NCBI GenBank assembly: GCA_050309605.1 | Contig: JBNRMN010000082.1 | Coordinates: forward strand, 1-64,000 | Length of the DNA stretch: 64,000 bases | Reading direction: 5' to 3' | DNA from: Anaerohalosphaeraceae bacterium | GTDB taxonomy: Bacteria; Planctomycetota; Phycisphaerae; Sedimentisphaerales; Anaerohalosphaeraceae | Part shown: positions 37,658 through 46,900 of the stretch, piece after piece | How the letters are laid out: every line of letters begins with the position of its first letter | Numbering within the stretch: position 1 is the first letter of the stretch | The notes under the pieces: generated by a model | What the model was told of the DNA's origin: nothing | The model's database searches: none | The model's input: only the letters and a program-made list of their open reading frames with translations | Made by a program: the position numbers and the translations under genes

Positions 37658-39376
37658 GTGTCAGGAGTGGATAAATACGAACAGATCATAACGCTGGTTA
37701 TCAAAGAACACGAAGGAATGCTGACAGCGGGGGAGTTCCGGATTCTCCAGACGTATCTAAGGAGTGATTCACAGCTTCTTGATTTTTACATTCATTGTTA
37801 TTTGACGATCTCGGTATTCAATAAATCGTACGATTTTTCGGATTGTATCGCTTGGTCTGAAGCGTATTTGGTGAATATCGACGGCCCGTTCTGGAAGGAG
37901 CTGGCCGATCTTGAGAAAGCCGCCCCTTCGTTTGAACAGCCCACACCGCCGGATGACAACAAACCGGCAGTCGGAAAACTGGCGGTGAAAAAGCCTCCCC
38001 ACAGGATTAAAAAATCCTCTGTTTTGACCGCTGTCCTGTCCAGTGCGGCGTTGCTGTTCTTTTTGATGTTGATCCGATTTCTCCCCGCTCCTCCGGTACG
38101 AACGCCTATCGGCAGGGTGCTTCAGTTGAATAACGCAGTTTTTCCCAAGTCTGTCAAGACGCTGGCCGAGGGACAGGACGTTTTTGCCGGGCCGTTATCG
38201 CTGGAAGCCGGTTCCGGCCTGGTGGAGCTGGATACCGGTACACGGGTCTTTTTGACGGCGCCGGTTGAGATTGAGCTGTACGACAAATCACTTGTCTATT
38301 TGAGTCAGGGACAATTGCTGGCTCAGGTGCCGCCGACGGGGCTGGGCTTTACCATCAGCACGCCGCAGGGGTCGGTCGTAGTTTACGGTACGGAGTTTAC
38401 GTTGGCAGTCGATCCGGACGGCTGGACGCGCGTGGAGGTGTTCAAGGGCAGGGTTGATTTACGCAGCAAGACCGGTTCACCTGTAAACGCGATTTCTCAA
38501 CTGGTTGCGGCCGGTCAGGTCGGGACGGTGGATGCAGCCGGATCGATCGCCGTGAAAGACAAACGTACCTCACCGGCCCCCGTCCGTCGCAGCCTCGAAA
38601 GAGTCTGGGCCGGAACACAGCCAAGATCCCTCTGGAATGACCCGGCCAATTGGGAAAACGGGGAAATGCCCGGCGCCTATTCTCCGGCGTTTTTGCAGCA
38701 CCGCCCCGTGCGGAGTATTTGTGTGATTGATGATACCCATACGGGCCAACATCGTGCCCGTGCCGAGTATGTCAATATTGGCCTGTGGGGATACGGTTGT
38801 CTGGAGATGACAGGCGGAGAATTGGAGACAGAGGAAATCTGGGTCGGTCGGCGCGACGGCGGCGACGGAGTGTTCACCCTCAGCGGCGGGACTGTTCTCA
38901 TTACCGAAAAACGGGACGGGATTATTATCGGCAAGTCATGGGAGAAAAAGGCCGGGCACGGCGTGATGAATTTCAGGGGAGGAACGATTTTATTCGAAGA
39001 TTCGAAGGATAATATGATTCTGGGCTGGGGCTATCCGGCGCAGGGGGTCTTGAACATGGAAGGCGGACGGCTGAGCATCCCCAACCAACTGATTCTTGGC
39101 GCCGTCAGTGATGAGATTCAATCCCCCGAGCCGCTGATGGGAACCGGTTATGTCAATATCAAGGCCGGTGTTCTGCGGGCCGGATCGCTGCTGATTCGGC
39201 AGGGACGGGTGGATATTCAGGATGGCGTCCTGGTCCTCAAAGGCGATGTGCGCCAATCGCTTCAGGAATATGTCCGCACTGGCCGGCTGACCGCCAATAA
39301 CGGGGCCAAAATCCTGCGGTTTGACTATGATTCGACGGCCGACGAAACGCGGATTCGTGCCGACGGTTTGCCTTAA
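37658..39376 (+). CDS. FecR-domain transmembrane anti-sigma factor with C-terminal Gly-rich beta-helix-like domain
   Basis: Single TM helix; FecR motif GFTISTPQGSVVVYGTEF..VEVFKGRV; then WNDPANW and repeated G.L.M.GG units; GTG start directly after the ECF gene. Confidence 0.82.
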   Translation: MSGVDKYEQIITLVIKEHEGMLTAGEFRILQTYLRSDSQLLDFYIHCYLTISVFNKSYDFSDCIAWSEAYLVNIDGPFWKELADLEKAAPSFEQPTPPDDNKPAVGKLAVKKPPHRIKKSSVLTAVLSSAALLFFLMLIRFLPAPPVRTPIGRVLQLNNAVFPKSVKTLAEGQDVFAGPLSLEAGSGLVELDTGTRVFLTAPVEIELYDKSLVYLSQGQLLAQVPPTGLGFTISTPQGSVVVYGTEFTLAVDPDGWTRVEVFKGRVDLRSKTGSPVNAISQLVAAGQVGTVDAAGSIAVKDKRTSPAPVRRSLERVWAGTQPRSLWNDPANWENGEMPGAYSPAFLQHRPVRSICVIDDTHTGQHRARAEYVNIGLWGYGCLEMTGGELETEEIWVGRRDGGDGVFTLSGGTVLITEKRDGIIIGKSWEKKAGHGVMNFRGGTILFEDSKDNMILGWGYPAQGVLNMEGGRLSIPNQLILGAVSDEIQSPEPLMGTGYVNIKAGVLRAGSLLIRQGRVDIQDGVLVLKGDVRQSLQEYVRTGRLTANNGAKILRFDYDSTADETRIRADGLP

Positions 39377-39633
39377 GAATGTTCGTTCGGTCGTTTTCCT
39401 GAGATGGAAACGCCAAAGTACCGATAATCGATTGGATACGGTGTGGAGGTGAAATGTGATGAGTCATGGGCGTGACGAAAAACACAAAATGAAAGCAAAT
39501 CCGATGATCCCCGTTTTTGGAAAGGAGGGTGTTTATGCAAGAGATCGGTAGATCAGGTTAGCGTACAGGATGTGGAAGGGTATGTGCCCTTCATGGGCAA
39601 GACAGGCTTATATGACACTTTTTTTTAGGAGTA

Positions 39634-41208
39634 ATGATGATGAGAAAGGTATTGATGTTATTGCTCTGTCTGTTGTGGGCGGCGCCGGCTGTCGCTCTGA
39701 TAGACACGTTTGACACGAGCCACAATTTTGTCGCTGACGGTGTTGCCGGTACCGATTGGCAGGCCGTCGTGTATTCCGGCGGCACTCTTCCCAGCCTGCA
39801 GATCCAAAGCGCAGGCGGCAAGCTGCGTTTACAGTCTCAAGGTACGACCGCCGGCGGATGGGATGGCGTTTGGGATATCAACGGCGACGGTACGGCTGAT
39901 GTGTGTCCGATGCTGTTGACGGAAGTGACCGGCGATTTTGTGCTGATCACACGGTTTGCCGGCATCAACGGCTTGTCGGTGGATCACCAGGCCGCCGGGC
40001 TGGTCGTTCGCAATCCCGACAACGCCGCGGGTGAGAATATGGTGCAAAGTGCCTTTTTCTCACGCTGGACCGGACATATCGCCTGGAACGTGGTCAACGG
40101 GACCCGAACCGGAGAGGCCGGAGCGACGGGTCTTAACGTAAATCAATATTCTTATATGAAACTGGAACGCGTGGGGAACCTCTTCACGCCGTCGGTCAGC
40201 CAGGACGGCGTCAACTGGACTCCCATGTTTGCCGGATGGACACGCAATGATCTGCCTCAGACCGTTCAGGTGGGCTTGTTTCACGCGATGTTTTCCCAGA
40301 ATCTGGGCTGGACGGATTTTGAGTTTCTTTACGCCGGCAAGCAGGTCGCTTCGCTGTCTCCGCTGGAGCCGACGGTGGAAGAGGAAGGAGAAACGACTGA
40401 GACCATGACGATTACGCTGACCGGCCCTGAGCCGATCGCGGATGTGTATGTGGATGTCATTCCGTATGCCTTGCCTTTGAACCTGGACCCTGAAGCCAAC
40501 GATCCGAATGATATTCGTCTTATCGGGCCGGACGGGCCGCAAGAGCCGGGGATGCCGCTGACGCTCCATTTTCCGGCGGGAACCACCCAGAAAACATGCG
40601 TGGTGCAGGCGGTGGATGACGACTATGTCGAGGGGCTTGAACAGATCGGACTGAAGGTGCTGATCTACAGCGACGATCCCGCCTATGATCAGCAATTGGG
40701 TCAATGGACGCTGGCCACCGTGATTGATGACGAGCAAGGGTATTTGATAATGGATACTGGTGAAGGCCTGGTTGTGGATGAAAATCAGACGATGACGGCA
40801 GAATTTACCGTCAGTTTGTCCCATCCGCCGGCTGAGGACGTTACGGTCTCAATGACAACCCCCGACGGACAAACCGCCGTTAGCCCGACCACGCTGGTCT
40901 TTACACCGGAAAATTATCTGAATCCGCAACCGGTAACGGTCATTGCCATTGATGATGAACTCGTGGAAAACGATCCGCATACCGGAAGAATTGCGTTTGC
41001 GGTCAGCAGCGATGATCCGTTCTATCATGGCATTACCGTGCCGCAGATAACAGTCGTTATCGTTGAGAACAACTGCGGAGCGTGGGGATATTCCCGATTT
41101 GACGCCAATCAGGACTGCGTGGTTGATCTGCTTGATGTGGCGATACTGGCCTCGCAATGGCTGCAATGCACACATCCAAATGCCGTGGATTGCATTGATG
41201 TACGCTGA
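39634..41208 (+). CDS. Secreted modular protein: ConA-like (DUF1349-like) domain, two Calx-beta/Ig-like domains, Cys-bounded EF-hand/dockerin-like tail
   Basis: Signal peptide; VTGDF..AGLVVR..SQDGVNW..QVGLFH; AVDDDYVEG and AIDDELVE Calx-beta motifs; DANQDCVVDLLD..WL. Confidence 0.75.
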   Translation: MMMRKVLMLLLCLLWAAPAVALIDTFDTSHNFVADGVAGTDWQAVVYSGGTLPSLQIQSAGGKLRLQSQGTTAGGWDGVWDINGDGTADVCPMLLTEVTGDFVLITRFAGINGLSVDHQAAGLVVRNPDNAAGENMVQSAFFSRWTGHIAWNVVNGTRTGEAGATGLNVNQYSYMKLERVGNLFTPSVSQDGVNWTPMFAGWTRNDLPQTVQVGLFHAMFSQNLGWTDFEFLYAGKQVASLSPLEPTVEEEGETTETMTITLTGPEPIADVYVDVIPYALPLNLDPEANDPNDIRLIGPDGPQEPGMPLTLHFPAGTTQKTCVVQAVDDDYVEGLEQIGLKVLIYSDDPAYDQQLGQWTLATVIDDEQGYLIMDTGEGLVVDENQTMTAEFTVSLSHPPAEDVTVSMTTPDGQTAVSPTTLVFTPENYLNPQPVTVIAIDDELVENDPHTGRIAFAVSSDDPFYHGITVPQITVVIVENNCGAWGYSRFDANQDCVVDLLDVAILASQWLQCTHPNAVDCIDVR

Positions 41209-41270
41209 CAGGGCCGGATGACGCCACACGCGTAAGAAACAGTTGAAACTTATAATTGGGAGATGATATT

Positions 41271-43886
41271 ATGAATAAGTTTGGCATATTCAGTCAATTA
41301 CTTGCGCTGATGTGTTTTGTCGGCTTGGCGACGGCGGCGCCGCAGCCCCTGATCGATCTGAATGCAGACAATCTGCCTGAAGGCGATTTGAATGCGTGGG
41401 TCAATGAGGGGACGGTGGAATGCGTCTTTCTCATTGCGGACCGGCAAGAGGTAGAAGGCACCGATCCCAACGCGGTTGTGCAGGATGTGGCCGGACGCAA
41501 GGCGGTCTCGTTTGCCGGCGGGGCATGGATGCAGTCGGACATCACCACGCCGGACGAGCTGACCGGCGCCAATCCCTGGTCGGTTCTGGTCTGGGCGTAT
41601 GCCCCTTCGACGACGGGCGAAGACTGCCTGTTTCAGTGGGCCGATCGCGGCACCGGCGCGGCACACTTCAATTTCGGCACGCGCGCCTTCACCAATTTCT
41701 TCGATGACGTGTTTTACACGTCGCCGCCGCCGGTCAATCAGTGGGTGCATCTGGCAATGACGTATGACGGAACCAACATCCGGCTGTATATCAACGGCAT
41801 AGACGACACCGTGGCCGCCCGCGCGATGAACATCGCCGAAGGCCATTATATGCGGATTGCCCGCTCGATGCCGGATTTGTGGGGGACGCACCCGTTCGGC
41901 GGTTCCATTGCGTCGCTTCAAGTGTACGATACAGCCCTGAGTCCGCAGGAAATTCAGGAACTGGGCGGCGTCTTTGAGGCCGGCGCCATTGGTCCGACCG
42001 GATTGCGCGTGGTGGAAGGCAGCACGGTGGAAATTGAAGTGGAAATTTATACCAATCCGCTGACCGGCCAGGGACCGCAGGACGATCTGGAAGTTACGCT
42101 GAGTCTCATCGGCGCCTGGGGGGACGTCATTCTGGGCGATTCGGAAGTCGGACAGCCATACACCGTTGTCGTGCCCGCAGCGGATTATCAAACGCCGATT
42201 ACCATCCCTGTAACCGCCTACGATGACGATGTCTTTCAACCGGCCCACAATGTTTATATTCAGGCGGTCGTAACGGCGGGGGATCCGGATTATTTGAACA
42301 AGATTCTGACGCCGACGACCGGTCTTGCCATTCGAATCATTGACAATGTGCCGCTTGAGTGTCCTTTGCCTCAACTGATTGGCGGCGCCTATGTGGACAA
42401 TTTTGATTGTGCGTCGGATTATCTGTCGTTCGGCACTGAAGGGTCGCTCTGGAGCGGTCTGATGGATATCGGTGAAAACACCATGGAAGCCGCGGCCAAT
42501 ATGACCGTGTCCAATGCCTTGCGCCTGTCCTCGTCCAACAGCTATTGGGGCGGCAACGATACGACCGGACCGTTCCTCTATGTGGATGTCACCGGCGATT
42601 TTGAGGTCGAGACCTACATCGCAGATGCTTCAGGTGTAAACTATAACGACGGCGGTCTTATGATTCGTCTGGCCGATACAGCGGCCGGCGGGGCTGGTGA
42701 AGACAATATCCAGCTTTGTTATTTCCCGCTTTATAATGTCGGGAATATCCTGCGGTGGAACGACAACGGCGCCCGCACGGAAACCGATATTACCTGGGAT
42801 GGCTGGGACGCCGCGCCGTATCTCAAGCTCGTCCGGCGCGGAGCCAATTTCTATGCTTACAATAGTTTTGACGGGGTCAACTGGCTGCCGTCGTTCCCCT
42901 CGGCCAGTCCTGATAACCCGCTCGTGCGCGAGGATATGAACGTGCCGACGCTGCAAGTCGGTCTGTATCATGCCACATTCTCCAATGCCGAGGGATATAT
43001 CGACTATGGTTATTTCTCGCTGAGAAAAGCCAGAGGCGTTATTTCGGGCGAATTGTTCCTGAATGAAGGCGACAACGGGGCCGTGCAGTTGCAGTTGTTT
43101 GCCGACGAGGATGTCCCCGCTCCGAGTACGGATCTTGAGGTGACGCTCAGAGCCGTTGCCGCGGCGGGCGCCGATCCGAATTCAGACCCCAACGCCATCC
43201 TTCTCGGCGCCACTCCCGGCGGCTTGCCGCACACGTTCTTCCTGCCGGCCGAGACCTATGATCAGCCGTTGGATATTCTTGTTACGGCGGCGATGGACAG
43301 TTCCGACGGTATGGATCATTTGCTCACGGTCGAGGCCCAGATCGTCAGTGCCGACCCCAACTGGAACGAATTGCTGATTCTTCCGGAGGCTCAGATTACG
43401 GTCTTAAAGACGCCGGGGCTGTTCCTTGACGCCGCCGATGAAGTCGTTGTACTCGAAGGCGGTTATGAGGATGTCTTTACGGTCCGATTGAAAGTGCCGC
43501 CGCAAGCGCCGGTAACGGTTTCGATTGCGGATCAGGCCGAGAGCGATCAGGTTGCCGTCTGGCCGGACGAGCTGTATTTCGATCAGACCAACTGGAAGAT
43601 TCCGCAGGTCGTTACGGTAACGGCGATTGACGACGATGTTCTCGAAAATGATCCGCATACAACAACGCTTTCGCTGACGGCATCCGATGGCGGCATTGAC
43701 TATGACGATTTGGAACCGCTGACGGTGCCTGTTACCATTTATGAAAACAATTGCGGCGCGTGGGGTTATTTCTGGGCGGACGTCAATCAGGACTGCGACG
43801 TGAACATCGAAGACTTGAGTCTGTTTGCCGAAGAATGGCTGACTTGCTCAAGACCCAATGACCCGGCTTGCATTGACTACAGATAA
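41271..43886 (+). CDS. Secreted modular protein: LamG, Calx-beta, DUF1349-like, further Ig-like domains, EF-hand/dockerin-like tail
   Basis: Signal peptide; WVHLAMTYDG..LYING..FGGSIASLQVYDTALS; VTGDF..DGVNW..LQVGLYH; DVNQDCDVNIED..WL. Confidence 0.75.
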   Translation: MNKFGIFSQLLALMCFVGLATAAPQPLIDLNADNLPEGDLNAWVNEGTVECVFLIADRQEVEGTDPNAVVQDVAGRKAVSFAGGAWMQSDITTPDELTGANPWSVLVWAYAPSTTGEDCLFQWADRGTGAAHFNFGTRAFTNFFDDVFYTSPPPVNQWVHLAMTYDGTNIRLYINGIDDTVAARAMNIAEGHYMRIARSMPDLWGTHPFGGSIASLQVYDTALSPQEIQELGGVFEAGAIGPTGLRVVEGSTVEIEVEIYTNPLTGQGPQDDLEVTLSLIGAWGDVILGDSEVGQPYTVVVPAADYQTPITIPVTAYDDDVFQPAHNVYIQAVVTAGDPDYLNKILTPTTGLAIRIIDNVPLECPLPQLIGGAYVDNFDCASDYLSFGTEGSLWSGLMDIGENTMEAAANMTVSNALRLSSSNSYWGGNDTTGPFLYVDVTGDFEVETYIADASGVNYNDGGLMIRLADTAAGGAGEDNIQLCYFPLYNVGNILRWNDNGARTETDITWDGWDAAPYLKLVRRGANFYAYNSFDGVNWLPSFPSASPDNPLVREDMNVPTLQVGLYHATFSNAEGYIDYGYFSLRKARGVISGELFLNEGDNGAVQLQLFADEDVPAPSTDLEVTLRAVAAAGADPNSDPNAILLGATPGGLPHTFFLPAETYDQPLDILVTAAMDSSDGMDHLLTVEAQIVSADPNWNELLILPEAQITVLKTPGLFLDAADEVVVLEGGYEDVFTVRLKVPPQAPVTVSIADQAESDQVAVWPDELYFDQTNWKIPQVVTVTAIDDDVLENDPHTTTLSLTASDGGIDYDDLEPLTVPVTIYENNCGAWGYFWADVNQDCDVNIEDLSLFAEEWLTCSRPNDPACIDYR

Positions 43887-43918
43887 GTCGCCGGTACGGG
43901 GTTAAGTATGTGTTCATC

Positions 43919-43954
43919 GGGCCGGGGGCGATTCGGCTCCCGGTCCTTTTCTTT
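43919..43954 (+). terminator. Intrinsic terminator-like hairpin between secreted-protein genes 2 and 3
   Basis: GGGCCGGGGGC-GATTCG-GCTCCCGGTCC (11 bp including 2 G-U) followed by TTTTCTTT. Confidence 0.6.
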
Positions 43955-43969
43955 CTGAACGGGGGTTTT

Positions 43970-46900
43970 ATGAGCGGTGTCAAGCGATTTGTCCTGATTA
44001 TGATCGGTACGGCCTTGTGCGGCGTGCCGCAGGCCCAGACATTTGAAGATTCCTTTGATGCGCCTCGAAATTATCTGACCGAAGGCGTCGGAGATACCAT
44101 CTGGGACGGCTTTCTCGGTCTGGCCGCGGGCGAAACGGTCAATCAGCTCAATGCATCGAACAGCCGTCCGGGCGAATTAGTTCTGTCGTCCGCCGGTGGG
44201 TTTTATCATGAACCGTGGGAACCGCTGGGGCCTTTTTTATATAAAGTCGTCAGCGGCGATTTTGTCGCCAGGGTCAAAGTGTCAGCCTATCAGAATATTA
44301 TGCACAATAATTGCGGCCTGATGGCGCGTGCTCTCCGTGATCCCGACTTGGCCGGGCCGGGCGAGGATTGGGTCAGCATGGATTATTTTCCCATTTACAA
44401 CTGCGGCAATTTTGTGCGCAATGCCGACAATAACAGCCGCACGGAATTATGCCATAACGGGCTGGCATGGAATGCGGATACCTGGTTGCAGCTTGAGAAA
44501 CAAGGCGCAACTTTTCATTTTCGTCACAGCCCGGACGGCGTCAACTGGACGGAGCTGGCCTGCTCGCCTGTAACCCGTTCGGATTTGGCCGATATCCCAC
44601 TGCAAGTAGGGCTTTTTCAGTGCACTTATTCATCCAATTTAGGGTATGCGGCCTTTGATCATTTTGCGTTGACCGTAACGGAGCCGCAGGAACAGGAACC
44701 CCCGTCTTGGACTGAACCGCCGATAACGCTGGACCCGGGGACGCGGCTGGTTGATAATTCCTCGGCGGTTAAGGGCTTGCCGGCCTTTCTGGCTGGTCAA
44801 TGGGACAATCCCGGTCAAATGGATGGCTGGACAACATCGGGTCTGATGAATATCTCCGTTGTCGATGGTACACTGACCGCTGCCGCTTCAACGGACGCAC
44901 CGTGTCTTCAATTGGCTTCGATAGCCGGCGGACCCGATTTGGATTTCGGCTACTTTGATTATCTCCAATTCCGGCTCAGGCTGCCGATTGGCTTGCAGGA
45001 TGACATGGTCATTTATTACGGTACATCCGCGGCGCCGGGCATCCATACCGGTTCGACGCGAAACCTGCTCATTCCCGCCGAGTCGATTCCCCAGGACGGT
45101 CAATGGCATACCTATCGGCTGGATCTGGGGCTGGCGGTCCGATGGCGGGACCGATTGACCGACCTGCGCATCTACCCGTTGGGCAAATCCGCGAACGGAT
45201 TGACTTTCTCAATCGACTATCTCGAAGTCGGCGACTTGCCCGGGGATGTCCTGTTGATCAACACCGATTTAAATATCCACGACGGAGAATCATTTTCCGA
45301 TCTTGAGTATATGGAATCCAAACACGCCGTATTCTGGTGGTCGCCGCAAAGTTACCAGCGACATTCCTCCTTTGATCCGGAAGTGATGTGCAGGCGGACT
45401 TTGCGGATGATCGAGGAAAGTTATCAGGTGTTTTGCAAAAAGCTGAATTATCTCGAACCATTTGAAAGTTTTGATGCATGGCGGCGCGATGGAAACCGCT
45501 ATAAAATCAATCATATCACGTGGTATGACGGATTCTGGTGCGGCGGCTGGAACGGTTTTATGCACATTGGCGTCAACGGGTGGGGACTGCAGGATGAAGG
45601 CTGGGGAAATCCGGTGCCGCACGAATTCGGCCATTACATCCAGGGACATCAGCCCGGTTTCCTGACCGGCGGACATTGGGAATCGCACGCCAATTTTCTG
45701 CGAAACGCCCGCAACATTCATTACGCCGAAATCCTCGGTAATATCAGCGGTATGATCGATGATCGGATTTTTGATGCAACCAACTTCCGACAGGATCACG
45801 GTTCGCTGATTTATCACGATTTCCGCATCCATCATGCGCTTCAGGATTTCGGCGCGGATGCAGGGACGCCGAATGCAGTGGCGGACGTCTGGATTGCCGG
45901 CCCCAAAGAACAGACGATTTATACCAAGCTGGCCTCGCTGCTGCCGTCGGGAACGAGCGTCGGCGATGTGGTCGCCGCCGGACTGCGGCATTGGCCGTTT
46001 CTGGATTTCAGCGTCGGGGATACGCTGAAATCCATCTTCTGGAACGGCGGCGACAAAGAGGCGATGTTTAAGTACCGTATCGGCTCACATCTGATTCCTT
46101 TACATGATAAACCCGGCTGGTATCGCGTCCCGTTTGAACGTGCACCGGAACGATTTGCGTATATGGTCCATCCATTGACCCCGACCGCCGATGCGGTGAC
46201 CGTGGAGCTTCGGGGCTTTGATCTGGTCGGGACGACGGAAGATTGGCGCTGGTCGCTGGTTGCCGCGGATGACAACTGGAATACGCCTCGATACAGCGAG
46301 GTGTTTGCGCCGGGCGTGCAGACATTTCAATTGAATTCCGATGAAACGCGATTGTTTTTAATTGTGGTTGCCGCCCCGACCGATACCCGTCTGAATCTGG
46401 AGTGGACAGACAACGCGTTGCCCGTCGATAAACATCCGGATCGGCTGCGCTATGCCTATGAGGTGGGTCTGGACGGGGCAACTGCTGCTGTGGCGGAGCG
46501 TCAATATTCGACTCCCTTGCCGGCCGGGCGCATTCACACCAACGGCGGCGGATTCGTCGCCCATACCGCAACCGTTGCGTCCACCGCTTATGTCGGCCCG
46601 AATGCGCGCGTGCTGGGTTCGGCGCGGGTCCTCAACGCGGCCCGTGTGGAAGATTATGCGGTTGTGACCGAATCGGCCACGGTACAGAACAACGCCGTCG
46701 TGTCCGGTCACGCACTGGTCAGAGGCAGTGCAAACGTCCGCGACAACGCGCGCATTCGCGATCGTGCCGACATCCACAATGCGACCGTTCGCGACAACGC
46801 CAAGGTGCAGGGTTACGCCAATGTGTCCGGCAATGCCATGGTACGTGACTACGCGATTGTTCGCGGCTGCAGCACGATTTCGGGCGGCACGCTGTCCGGT

